From the NCBI RefSeq assembly GCF_006345805.1, contig NC_043005.1:1178001-1242000 (forward strand): 64,000 nucleotides of DNA. Direction: 5' to 3'. The notes beneath the pieces were generated by a model. It did no database searches. It was not told the origin of the DNA and was given only the letters and a program-made list of their open reading frames with translations. Source of the stretch: Octopus sinensis (Eukaryota). Below, piece after piece: positions 1 to 11,694 of the stretch; the first letter of the stretch is position 1, and every line of letters starts with the position of its first letter. The translations under genes and the position numbers were made by a program.

Positions 1-121
1 TCTCCCCTGCCAGTAAATAGAAAATGTGCTTTTGTAGGTAAAGAGTTCTTTCACTCTTATTTCTAGCAATGCTGGTGCTCCCTGCACCCTTCGTCATATT
101 TTAGTGACAGAGAATTACTTA

Positions 122-1497
122 CATCATCATCATCATCATCGTCGTTTAACGTCCGTTCTCCATGCTAGCATGGGTTGGACGGTTCGTCCGGGGTTCTGGG
201 AAGCCAGAAGGCTGCACCAGGCTCCAGTCTAATTTGGCAATGTTTCTACAGCTGGATGCCCTTCCTAACGCCAACCACTCCGTGAGTGTAGTGGGTGCTT
301 TTTACGTGCCACCTGCACAGGTGCCAGGCGGGGCTGGCAACGGCCACGGTCAGATTGGTGTATTTTATGTGCCACCGGCACGGAAGCCAGTCGAGGCGGT
401 GCTGGCATCGGCCACGAGTCGGATAGTGCTTTTTACGTACCACCAGACCAGGGATCCTGGCTGGTTCAATTCAATTTCGATTTCGCTTGCTCCAACATGT
501 CTTCACAAGCAAAGGGGGTTGGCAAGGGTGCCTGTCGTACGGTCGCATTGGAGTATTTTACGTGCCACGGCCACGAGTCGGATAGTGCTTTTTACGTACC
601 ACCAGACCAGGGATCCTGGCTGGTTCAATTCGATTTCGATTTCGCTTGCCCCAACATGTCTTCACAAGCAAAGGGGGTTGGCAAGGGTGCCTGTCGTACG
701 GTCGCATTGGAGTATTTTACGTGCCACGGCCACGAGTCGGATAGTGCTTTTTACGTACCACCAGACCAGGGATCCTGGCTGGTTCAATTCGATTTCGATT
801 TCGCTTGCCCCAACATGTCTTCACAAGCAAAGGGGGTTGGCATGGGTGCCTGTCGTACGGTCGCATTGGAGTATTTTACGTGCCACGGCCACGAGTCGGA
901 TAGTGCTTTTTACGTACCACCAGGCCAGGGATCCTGGCTGGTTCAATTCGGTTTTGATTTCGATTTCGCTTGCCCCAACATGTCTTCGCAAGCATGGAGG
1001 GTTGGCATGGGTGTCTGTCGTCGGATGAGGTTCTATATCGACTTCGCTTGCCTCAACCGGTCTTTGTGTCCAAGGGAGGAAAGGCATTCATAAGTGGGCT
1101 GGGCTCACTTGTCCTGCCTGGTCTTCTCACGTACAGAATATTTCCAAAGGTCTCGGTCTCTGGTCATTTCCTCAGTGAGGCCTAAAGTTCGAAGGTCGTG
1201 CTTCACCACCTCGTCCCAGGTTTTCCTGGGTCTACCTCTTCCACGGGTTCCCTCAACTGCTAGGGATTGGCACTTTCTCACACACCTATCTTCATCCATT
1301 CTCGCCACATGACCATACCAGCGCAATCGTCTCTCTTGCACACCACAACTGATGCTTCTTAGGTCTCCTCTCCACCTTATTTCTTGCATACAACATACAT
1401 CAACACGTCTCCGTTCAAGCATCTCGACTATCTCGCCAGACCTACCTTTCAATGTGCCAACGTTGAGGGTGCCCACCCTGAGGGTGTGGGAGGTGTG
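122..1497 (-). mobile_element. RTE-clade LINE, internally deleted (endonuclease N-terminus fused in frame to ORF C-terminus) with long 3' UTR and (GAT)n tail
   Basis: ORF 1105-1614 reads LRVGTLNVGTLKGRSGEIVEMLERRRVDVCCMQEIRWRG (APE start) directly into DLRSISCGVQERRLRWYGHVARM...GRGRPRKTW (RTE C-terminus). It ends in GTTAAACGACGATGATGATG on the minus strand. Confidence 0.9.
408..1010. repeat. 159-bp tandem repeat (~3.5 copies) inside the RTE 3' UTR
   Basis: ATGTCTTC(A/G)CAAGC recurs at 497, 656, 815 and 980. The last period is 165 bp because of a TTTTGA insertion. Confidence 0.95.
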
Positions 1498-1919
1498 GGC
1501 CTCTGAGACCCATATTCTGTAAGGTGACATATCAACACATCTTTCTACATATTCAATGAGGGAATGGTTAATTTCTGCCATTCTTACATTGAAAATGAGA
1601 TACATTTTCATCATTTGAGGCTGTTTCTATTTCCAGAGAGGAAAAAAATAAGCAAACAAAGTACAAACGGCAAACAAATATCTACAGTTTATGTAGATAG
1701 TATCATAGTTGAGAGAACTGTTCATAAGTGATACACTAAACTTTGGAATAAAAAATTTTTGATCTGGAAGTCAGTGAGCATTTCAACCAGGCTGCAGTCA
1801 CCAATGATGATCAAATTGAGAAATTAAGAAAAAATAATCCAGGCTGCAGGACACAAGACAAATGCACTCCACAAATCTTTATGAGTGTTATAGAGTATTT
1901 AAAACTACTTGGATATCTG

Positions 1920-2660
1920 AAATGCTATGATGTTTGAGGGCCTCATAACTAAACAGTAAAAAATTTAATGGACTGCATTCCCATCTGCAATTCTCTGCTC
2001 AAATGCAATAAATACAATCCATTTTTTTAAAACAACAATCAAAGGTGATAAAAAATGTATTCTTTACAACAATGTGGAGTAATAAACATCCTGGAGTGAA
2101 TGAATGAACCACCTTTAATCACTCCCAAACCAGTCAGTATCAGAGAAAGGGGATGCTCCCTATTTAGGGGAATTGGAAAGCCATTACATGTTATGAGCTC
2201 CTTATACAAAATCAGGTGTTAATTCAGACAATTGTTGTTCTCAATTAGACAAATTAAAGGTGGCAATCAATGAAAAACATCCAACTGGAAGGATGTTGTC
2301 TTCCTTCGGGACAACACTAAACCTCATGTTTCCTTGCAGAAATTCGTTCAGGTTGGCTGGGATGTCCTTCCACTCTCACAATACTCACTTGACTTTGCAC
2401 CTCCATATTAGCCCTACAAAATTCTCTTAATAGGAAGAACTTCAATTTTGGAAGACTGTAAAAACCACTCTGACCAGCTCATCACCCAAAATTTTATCAA
2501 GTTCTGGGAGGATGGGATCATGAAGCTGGTTCAAAGATGGTAAAAGACGGTGAAACAAAATGGGACATATGTGGTTGAATAAGAGCATGCACAAATATTT
2601 AAATAATATTGTTTTTTCAATTTTTCTTCGAAACTGCACAAAATTTTGTTCCAACCAGAT
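1920..2660 (+). mobile_element. Degenerate mariner (DD34D-type) transposase relic
   Basis: Broken motifs CNSLLKCNK...IKGDKKCILYNN (TGDEKW-like), GGGACAACACTAAACCTCAT (HDNARPH-like) and a YSLDFAP segment. A TIR-like TTTTGTTCCAACC lies near 2645. Confidence 0.7.
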
Positions 2661-2699
2661 AAATAAATATATATATATATATATAACATTTCATGGGTT

Positions 2700-3620
2700 T
2701 CAGGCAGAGAGGCTGAGGCCATGCTGGTGCTCCACTTTTACTGCGTCTGGGGGTTTTTCTAATATTGCTTTTGCTGAAGTAGCGAGTTGGACATCGCCGC
2801 TCTTCTTTGTGTCTCCTGCTGCAATGTGGGTTCATCTGGAATTGCTGATAAAAAACTGTCTACACGTTTTTTTGAAGACGTTTATGTCAACACTCTGCAT
2901 GTTCTGTGATAGGGCATTAAAAAGTTGTCCCTTGAATTCCAAGCTATTACAATATTGGGTTTGTATCTTCAATAGAGAAGATGGAACGTTTGGTACTGTG
3001 CAGTGCCATCCAATTTGGGGATTGTTGTAGATTTGAATTCCGTAATTTGGAGCCAGACCCTCCATTATTTTCCACACATTTAGCACTGATTATATCTTTC
3101 ACGTCTCTTCTCCAGGGAGTAGAGTCCCAATTCCTTCAACCTCTCCCAGTAGCCCATGTGTTTTACTGAGTCTGTCTTCTTTGCGTGTGGCATTGGATTG
3201 CCTCTGGTTCCACAATCAGTTTTACACTCTGTGGGGATCACAGATGGGAGCATTAGTCCAGACAACTGAGGACAAAGGTTCTCCAAAGCAGAAGCATTGT
3301 GTCTCTGTTCCTGGTCCAGAAGGATCTAAGGATCCAACCTACCACCTGCTTGCATAGTGTTGCCATCTGAGCAAGGTGCACATGGAAAGTTGCGTCATTG
3401 CTCGTATGGATTCTCAGGTCATGCACCGACTCAAACTCTGGGATTAAATTGCCTCCTGGTCCCATGTATTTCAGCTGTAGTTTGTGGGCTGCTAGTGGAG
3501 TGCTTAAAATTTTGCACCATTGGCTGCATATCATTCTCATCAGCCCATTTATGTATGGCATTCAGGCCATTCTGCAGTCTTAGTCTGTCAGTAGGGTCCT
3601 TCACCGCCTGCAATACTTTT
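2700..3620 (-). mobile_element. CR1/L2-group LINE 3' fragment, degenerate
   Basis: Minus-strand ORF pieces WILRSFWTRNRDTMLLLWRTFVLSCLD, YWERLKELGLYSLEKRRERY and YCNSLEFKGQLFN. The 3' motif GGAGCACCAGCATGGCC matches the other LINE tails. Confidence 0.85.
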
Positions 3621-3626
3621 CTTTTA

Positions 3627-5460
3627 CTAGTCTAGCTGGTGAGTGTGGCTGACTCTATGGCAGAGAAATGGGTGGATAAGGTCGTAGAGGTAATCATGGT
3701 GTGCGATGGATATAATTAAACTCAGGCTAGTCCTGCAGAATGGTATAGCTACAATTATCTCTGCCTATGCTCCACAAGTGGGCCTACCAAATGAACAGAA
3801 GGACCACTTTTATGATATTCTACTATAGGCTACCTCAAAGATAAGTGACAATGACCTCATCTTTGTGGCTGGAGACTTTAATGGGTATGTCAGACGGCAA
3901 CCTGGTATCTTCCATGGTGTTCATGGAGTGGGGGGGGGGCATGGAATTGGTTTCCGAAACGAAGGGGAACTAGGCTACTGGAGTTCTGTCATGCAAGCAA
4001 CAATTGATCTGCAATGCCAACTTCAGGAAGCCAGCCAGCCACCTGATAACCTATCAATCAGGTGACTCTGCAAACCAGATGGATTTCATCCTCACCAGAC
4101 AGCAGGATGCAGGGTTGCTCTTAAATACAATGACCTTCCCTGGTGAAGAATGTACCCCCCAGCATAGACTAGTCATTAGTGACTTTAGACTCCAAGCCAG
4201 AAGAATGCCAAGAAGCAGACCGATCTGGAAAAGAAGGATTTGGAAGCTTAAGATACCTTCACGTGGTCAGAGATTTAGGGACATTCTCATAAAGAAATGT
4301 GATGAGAAGGAGGAGGAGCTACAGACCTCGGACATAGGGGGTAGCTGGAAATTCCTACGGGACAGCTTACTGAGTGCCACAGGCCAAATATATGGCTGGG
4401 GCAAAATCCCTTCAAGACCTAGGGTAATATAGCGGTGGAACAATACTGTAGACAGGGCCATTAGAGTGAAGAAACAAACCTGAAAAACCTGGAAGAGTTG
4501 GGGTAGCAGGGAACTGTATCAGATAGCCAGAAGGGAGGCTAGGAGACAGGTATATATAGCCAAGGGAGAAGCAGAAAAAGAGAAGTTTGCCAATGTTCAG
4601 TGATGTGAGGATAAAAGAACTGAAGTATTTCCAATTCCAAGACAGTGTATGAGAGAAAATTGTGATGTTATGGGAGAAAAATGTGTCCACGTGGATGATG
4701 GTGCACTTGCATTTAATGATTCCGCAAAGGAGGCTTGGAGATGCCATTATAAAACACTGACGAATGTGGAGAATAAATGGGAGGAGGAGAGCCTACTAAA
4801 TGTTGATCCAATTGAGGGACCATCTACCAGAATTGATAGTACTCTGGTAGATAAAGCAATTAAGGATATGACGAGAGGCAAAAGCTCTCGGTCCATCATG
4901 AATCACCGATGAGATGCTTAGAATATCTGGTGGTGTGGGTTATAATTTAGTCACCCATATTGTAAATCAGGTAGTTTATGAAGGAGTCATCCACAATGAC
5001 TGGTGTAGCAGTACCATAGTCAACAGCTACAAAGGTAAAGGTGATGCTTTAGATAGAAATAACTACAGGAGTATCAAATTATTGGATCGAGTGAGGAAAG
5101 TTAGAGAGAGGGTCATAGCCCAACTAATTAGGAAGAGAGTCAGTCTAGATGAGATGCAGTTTGGTTTTGTGCCAAGTAGAAGCACCACTGATGCTATATT
5201 CCTGGTGAGGCAACTGCAGGAGAAATACCTAACCAAAGATAAACATTTTGTTGACTTGGACAAAACCTTTGACAGGGTGCCCCCATCCCTTATCTGCTGG
5301 TCAATGTAGAAACTAGAGATAGATGAGTGGTTGGTAAGAGCTGTACAAACCCTGTACAGGGATGCTGTCAGTAAGGTGAGGGTTGGTAATTAGTATAGTG
5401 AAGAATTCCGGGTAGAAGTAGGGGTTCACCAAGGATCAGTCCTCAGCCCCACTTATTCAT
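3627..5460 (+). mobile_element. RTE-clade LINE fragment (APE endonuclease, linker, N-terminal part of RT), frameshifted
   Basis: ISAYAPQVG, VAGDFNGYV, QMDFILTR, YKGKGDALDRNNYRSIKLL, QFGFVPSRSTTDAIF and GVHQGSVLSP motifs. Confidence 0.9.
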
Positions 5461-5945
5461 CCACGCTCATTTGTCTGGCCAAACTTGTCCTCTCACTCAA
5501 CTGCTTCTTGTTCATGGGTGATTTCTACTAGCAGTTCTCGGGAGTGGCCATGGGAACGAGAATGGGCCCCAACTATGCGAACCTGTTCGTTGGCTACGTT
5601 GAGGCTCAAATATTCTCAAGTTTCATTGGTCTCACTCCTGAACTATACAGCCATTATATTGACGACTGTATTGGTGCGACCTCACTCTCCCACAAACATC
5701 AAGACTCCTTCCTCTCTTTTGTCAATTCTTTCCATTCTGCCCTCCACTTCTCCTGCACTACCTCTGACACCTTTGTCTCCTTTCTTGACATTTCAGTCAG
5801 CATTCATCACTCCACTCTCACCACCTCCATCCACTACAAACACAGATTCACACTCATACTTCAACTTCTCTTCCTCCCACCCTAAACACACCAAGCTATC
5901 CATCCCCTTTTTCCAATTCCTCCGTCTACGCAGGCTCTGTAGTGA
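5461..5945 (+). mobile_element. Penelope-like (Neptune-type) RT fragment
   Basis: GVAMGTRMGPNYANLFVG, YIDDCIG, FLDISV and SHPKHTKLSIPFFQFLRLRRLCS are PLE RT and thumb motifs. Confidence 0.85.
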
Positions 5946-5959
5946 CGACCATTTGTATT

Positions 5960-6236
5960 TCGAGTTGAACGTGGCAGACGCCAGCGCTGCCTGATTGGCG
6001 TCCGTGTTGGTGACACGTAAAAAGCACCAACTGATCATGGCCATTGCCAGCCTCACCTGGCACATAAGAAGCACCCACTACACTCACAACAGAGTGGTTG
6101 GCGTTAGGAAGGGCATCCAGTAGAAACACTGCCAAACCAGACTGGAGCCTGGTGCAGCCTCCATGGTTTACCAGGCCCCGGTCGAACCGTCCAACCCATG
6201 CTAGCATGGAAAATGGACGTTAAATAATGATGATAT
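5960..6236 (+). mobile_element. RTE 3' UTR and tail
   Basis: GTGGTTGGCGTTAGGAAGGGCATCCAG...CCAACCCATGCTAGCATGGAAAATGGACGTTAAATAATGATG, the same tail family as 122-400. Confidence 0.85.
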
Positions 6237-6289
6237 AGAGACATATAAATATCATCATCATCATCATCATTTAACGTCCGCTTTCCATG

Positions 6290-6496
6290 CTGTCTTCAAA
6301 ATAAAGCTGGACCTCTTTCTTTCAAGCGTCCCAGATGAACCAACTTCACGGCAGGAGGTGCAGATGAGGGCAGCAGCATCAAACTCCCTCATGCACAAAA
6401 TGTCAATTCCTAAAAAGCATTCATGAAGTAAAATTATGTAGCAATACCAAATGGCGGTGCCCCAGCATGGCCACAGCTCGTGAGCCGAAACTAGAT
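6290..6496 (+). mobile_element. CR1/L2-group LINE extreme 3' fragment
   Basis: LDLFLSSVPDEPTSRQEVQMRAAASNSL, followed by GGCGGTGCCCCAGCATGGCCACAGCTC...GAAACTAGA. Confidence 0.85.
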
Positions 6497-6501
6497 ATAA
6501 A

Positions 6502-6541
<40 letters not shown>

Positions 6542-6724
6542 ATATAATGGAGATGTACTTACATAGCAAGTGACCTGATCTGAGATCGTGTGCTGAATTA
6601 CTAACAATTGCAGTGTGGAAGGTGTTTATAAACCATGTAAAAACACACAGAAACCATTAGATTCACTTCAACATTTAAATTTAATTTGCCAAAATATTTT
6701 CGTCACTTGAGACCACGATCTGAC

Positions 6725-7097
6725 AAAGATCAAAGTTGTAGAAAAGACAGGTAGGACTATCAAATCTGTATTAAGTAGATCATACCAATTTGATAGAATC
6801 ACGTGTCAGAATAATTGTGTAGTATGTTCTACAAACCAACATATGAACTGCGAGACTAAGTGCCAAGAAAGGACTTGCATGATTATCCCAGGGTCATATA
6901 TTGGAGAGACTTCTAGGAGCATCAGTGATAGGTTCAAAGAACACCTGGACAACTACATTGAAAAAAAAAACAAACTCCATCTTCTATCAGCATGTTGTAG
7001 ACTGCCACAATGGCTCCTTAGGGAGACTTAGGTTAGACATCTTGCCTATACATCCTACTGATGCAATGCTGAGACAAGTCACTGAAGCTGTCTGTAT

Positions 7098-7102
<5 letters not shown>
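6725..7102 (+). mobile_element. Penelope-like GIY-YIG endonuclease fragment
   Basis: YIGETSRSISDRFKEH...(frameshift in poly-A)...[11 protein letters not shown]...[10 protein letters not shown], with upstream Cys-rich CQNNCVVC. Confidence 0.8.
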
Positions 7103-7104
<2 letters not shown>

Positions 7105-7140
<36 letters not shown>

Positions 7141-7234
7141 TATATATATGAATATATATGCATATATATATATATATATATGAATATATATATATATGAA
7201 TATATATGCATATATATATATATATATATATATA

Positions 7235-7288
<54 letters not shown>
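7105..7288. repeat. (TA)n microsatellite
   Basis: Direct reading. Confidence 0.95.
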
Positions 7289-7291
<3 letters not shown>

Positions 7292-7824
7292 GGTGTCCCC
7301 AAAAAATGTATACACACCTTAAATAATTGTAAATTTGGGGTTTATTATAATTCCAATAATTTTCAACATGTAAAAGAATTTACAAATATCATTCTATTGT
7401 CTTGTTATCGCATGTTCTCAAACTGATGTCCGTTCTGCTCCAGACACTGCTGACAACGCGAAGCGATGGAATGGCACACATCATGGAACAATTCCCTTGG
7501 GATATTCGTACATTCATGTTCAATGGTTGCCCTCAATTGAACGACTGTTGCAAGTTTCTGTGCGTAGACTTTGTCCTTTAGGTATCCCCATAAAAAGAAG
7601 TCTAGTGGTGTGAGGTCTGGTGAACATGGCGGGTATTCGACAAAACCTCTCCGTCCAATCCACCTGTTTGGCAAGATCCCATCAAGAAAGGATCTAACAT
7701 CGTGATGGTAGTGTGGAGGTGCCCCATCTTGCTGGAAATAAAACTCTTCCTGTTCAAAGTCCTCTCTAATGCTTGGCATGACAGACTGTTGCAGCAAGTG
7801 TATACATTTTTTTGGGACACCCTG
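7289..7824 (-). mobile_element. Internally deleted Tc1/mariner-superfamily element, DD41D (rosa-type), with intact ~28-bp TIRs and TA flanks
   Basis: TIRs CAGGGTGTCCCCAAAAAATGTATACAC and GTGTATACATTTTTTTGGGACACCCTG, each flanked by TA. The ORF has FQQDGAPPH...PDLTPLDFFLWG with 41 residues between the second and third catalytic D. Confidence 0.9.
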
Positions 7825-7837
7825 TATATATATATAT

Positions 7838-8233
7838 ATTTACTCTTTTACTTGTTTCAGTAATTAATTTTGATTGCAGCCATGCTGGATCACCGCCTTT
7901 AGTCGAGCAAATCGACCCCGGGACTTATTCTTTGTAAGCCCAGTGCTTATTCTATCGGTCTCTTTTGCCGAAACGCTAAGTGACAGGGACGTAAACACAC
8001 CAGCATCGGTTGTCAAGCAATGTTAGGGGGACAAACACAGACACACAAACACACACATATATATATATATATACATATATACGGCAGGCTTCTTTCAGTT
8101 TCCGTCTACCAAATCCACTCACAAGGCATTGGTCGGCCTGGGGCTATAGCAGAAGACACTTGCCCAAGATGCCATGCAGTGGGACTGAACCCAGAACAAT
8201 GTGGTTGGTTAGCAAGCTATTTACCACACAGCC
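7838..8233 (-). mobile_element. tRNA-derived CORE-type SINE (OR2-like)
   Basis: Reverse complement of GGCTGTGTGGTAA...GGGTTCAGTCCC (A/B boxes), CTTGGGCAAGTG core-like motif and (AAAGAGT)n tail. Confidence 0.85.
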
Positions 8234-8768
8234 ACATATATATATATTTATATATAAATATATATATATATTAATTTAATAAATAAAATATATGCATACA
8301 TACATACATACATATATATGTACGTACCTACATCTACATGTATATATACATGCATATATAAATATATATACGTGAGTACAGGACACCACAAATAGACGTA
8401 GAACTCAACGAGAAACGAAAACGTAAAAACAAACATGGAAACGGACCTATTTTTTAACAACGAAAAAACAGAGTACAAGACAAACAACACAAGGAAAATT
8501 CCCCTTCATCAGCTGTCCCTTCATCAGCATGCGTGTTTCGAAGGTAAGGACAGAACACGACTCGTTGAACTAGCCCTTCCTGCGAAAGAATTAAATAAAA
8601 TTCCTTCGCAGAGGGGTAAAGACAAGGAAAGAAAAAAAAAAGTTTTATATATATATATATACAATAAATATTCATATATAGTTATATGAAAATATATATA
8701 TAGATAGATATATAAATATATATATTTATAATATATATATATATAGATATATAAATATATATATATAT

Positions 8769-10673
8769 CATCATCATCATCATCGTCGTTTAACGTCCGC
8801 TTTCCATGCTAGCATGGGTTGGATGTTTTGACTGTGGGCTGGCGAACCAGATGGCTGCACCAAGCTCCAGTCTTGATCTGGCAGAGTTTCTACAGCTGGA
8901 TGCCCTGAGAGTGTAGTGGGTGCTCTTACGTGCCACCGGCACAGGGGCCAGTGAGGCGGTACTGGGAACGACCTCACTCGAATCTTTTTTACATATGCCA
9001 ATGGCACAGGTGCCAGTAAGGCGATGCTGGTAACGATCCTGCTTGAATGGTGCCTCCCACATGCCACCGGCACGGAAGCCAATTAGCCGCTCTGGCAACG
9101 ATCACGCACAGATGGTGCTTTTAGCACCCTACTAGCACGGGGCACAAGTGCCAGTAAGGCGAGGCTGGCAACGATCATGCTCGTATGGTGCTCCTGCCCG
9201 TCATTGAATTTCACTTTGATTTTGATTTCGGTTTCAATTTCACTTGCCTCAACAGATCTTCGCAAGCAGATATTAGTGTTCAAAGACGGAAAAGGTATGC
9301 ACAGGTGGGCTGGTTACACCCCTGGCACAGGGAAACGAGGTTATGGTCTCATTTGGCTTGCAGGATCTTCTCAAGTACAGAATATTTCCAAAGGTCTCAG
9401 TCATTAGTCATTTCCCTGGTGAGGCCTGAAGTTCGAAGGTCGTGCTTCACCACTTCATCCCAGGTCTTCCTGGGTCTACCTCTCCCACAAGTTCCCTCAA
9501 CTGCTAGGGTGTGGCACATTTCTCTCCTACCACATCACGATTCTCTCTCACACACTGTCTTGCAGCACGAAATACCTCAAGTCTTGGATCCTCACGGCGC
9601 AGAACATTGGCAAATTTTTTCTTATCTGCTTCCCCTCTGGCTAAATAAACCTGTCTCTTAGCTTCTCTTTTGGCAGTCTGATACAATTCCCTACTACCAC
9701 CATTTTTCTAGACCTTCCAAGCCTGTCTCTTTTCTCTAATAGCCCTGTCTACAATATTGTTCCACCACCACATTATTCTAGGTCGAGAGGGGACTTTGCA
9801 CCAGCCACAGATCTGGTCAGTGGCTCTCAGCAGGTTGTCCCTTAGAAACGTCCAGCTGTCTTCTATCCCCTGTGATGCTCTATCCCCTTCTACTTCGTCA
9901 GAGGCTTCAAGTAATATGTCTCTAAATCTCTGTCCATTTGCAGGATCTTTAAGCTTCCAGATCCTTCTTCTCCATATTGGTCGTCTTCAAGGCATCCACT
10001 TAGTCCTGATCATAAAGTCACTAACTACCAGTCTATGTTGTTGGGTACATTCTTCGCCTGGGAAGGTTTTGGCATTTATAAGTAGCCATCTTTCCCAATG
10101 CCTGGCAAGGATGTAGTCAATTTGGCTAGTATGTCGGCCCGATCGGTAGGTGACTGGTAGGTTTCCTAAAGTTAGTATTGCAAACCATAAGATCATTTCC
10201 ATCGCAGAACTCCAGCAGCCTGGTTCCCTCCTCGTTGCGGGAACCATAGCCGTAGCCTCGATGTACACCATGGAAGACCCCTGTATGTTGTCCAACATGT
10301 CCACTGAAGTCACCAGCCACAAAAAGGTCCCTGTTGTTCGTCAACGAGGTAGTGTGCAGTAGGGTGTCATAGAATCGGTCTTTCTGTCCATCGAGTAGCC
10401 CCGGCTGAGGGGCATAGGCCGATATAATGGTTGCTAACCCATGGTGAAGCATTAATCTAATCTTAAGTATTCTGTCGCATACTCTGACTACCTTGATTAC
10501 CTTATCTACCCATTTTTCAGCGAGAAGTATACCAACACCCCCAACCCCGTCAGTGTTTCCCACCCAGAAAATCTCGTACCTGCATTCTTTGCCTGTGAGG
10601 AACCTAGCAGAACCTCCTCTCCACCTTACTTCTTGGATGCAGCATATATCGACACATCTCCGTTCAAGCATCA
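8769..10673 (-). mobile_element. RTE-clade LINE with APE domain and 3' end but the whole RT deleted
   Basis: MLERRCVDICCIQEVRWRGGSARF...AYAPQPG...VAGDFSGH...IDYILAR (APE), then linker ARQCVRENRDVVGEKC joined near 9516 to HTLAVEGTCGRGRP, followed by the 3' UTR and (GAT)n. Confidence 0.9.
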
Positions 10674-10759
10674 TATATATATATATGTATATATTTATAC
10701 TAAATATATATATAAAATATATATATATATATATATATATCATAAATACATATATATAT

Positions 10760-11216
10760 AAAAATTTTATAATTATGAGCATAATTCCGCAGTTTCTGTG
10801 GAATTACTCTTGGCACACATGGATGATTGAGAAAAAATCATCCATGTTTGAATTCGGAAAAACTGGTTTTCGGATACATGCTAATCAATGGCGCTTGGTC
10901 GAGTATGAATGTTAATTATCAGTGCTCTCAAATTTAAAACTTGAAATACCGTACTGAGAAAGGAAATAAGTGAGTAGAAATATGATTTTACATCATTTTA
11001 CATCTTTTTAACCCCGAAATGTGTATGTAGTTAATCAAAGCCGGGTGGATTCGTTATTTTTTCTCTTTACCTTCGTGAGTTGCAGAGTATTGCTGTCTGG
11101 GAGATATTGTATGGTAGTAGAATAGAATTTTAACTGCTATTTCTAAATTTCAGTATGTGTTGAAGCCAATTTTGCTGAACCCTAACTATAATTATGCTCA
11201 TAACTATAAAATTTTT
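10760..11216. mobile_element. Unclassified non-coding element with 27-bp terminal inverted repeats (MITE-like)
   Basis: AAAAATTTTATAATTATGAGCATAATT (10760-10786) versus AATTATGCTCATAACTATAAAATTTTT (11190-11216), one mismatch. Two internal hairpins follow the left arm. Confidence 0.55.
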
Positions 11217-11309
11217 GTATAAGTTCTTTTAACTTACCGAACTACTTGGTAAAATTAATTATTAATTAATTTTACCCTTTATTATTATTGATATACACAT
11301 ATATATATA

Positions 11310-11678
11310 TGGTTCCGGGTTCAGTCCCACTGCATGGCTCCTTGGGAAAGTGTCTTCTGCTATAGCCCCGGGCCGACCAATGCCTTGTGAGTGGATTTGG
11401 TAGACGGAAACTGAAAGAAGCCCGTCGTATATATGTATATATATATGTGTGTGCGTGTATGTTTGTGTGTCTGTGTCTGTCCCCCTAGCATTGTTTGACA
11501 ACCGATGCTGGTGTGTTTACGTCCCTGTCACTTAGCGGTTCGGCAAAAGAGACCGATAGAATAAGTAGTGGGCTTACAAAAGAATAAGTCCCGGGGTCAA
11601 GTTGCTCGATTAAAGGCGGTGCTCCAGCATGGCCGCAGTCAAATGACTGAAACAAGTAAAAGAGTAAAGAGTAAGAGT
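11310..11678 (+). mobile_element. CORE-type SINE, 5'-truncated
   Basis: GGTTCCGGGTTCAGTCCCACTGC...GGCGGTGCTCCAGCATGGCCGCAGTC...AAAGAGTAAAGAGT. Confidence 0.85.
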
Positions 11679-11694
11679 ATATATATATATATAT

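Noticed and set aside
408-1010. Regular repeats as a CRISPR array
   Set aside because: There are no unique spacers, the context is eukaryotic, and the units are full tandem copies within an RTE UTR.
1590-1628. Possible 39-nt minus-strand micro-exon (AG...GTAAGA)
   Set aside because: Splice-like signals only, with no homology; such matches are expected by chance in 60 kb.
8495-8560. Two CTGATGA motifs and GAAAC on the minus strand as a hammerhead
   Set aside because: The order and spacing (GAAAC only 7 nt before CTGATGA, no GAAA after) cannot form stems I and III; probably a decayed PLE-terminus repeat.
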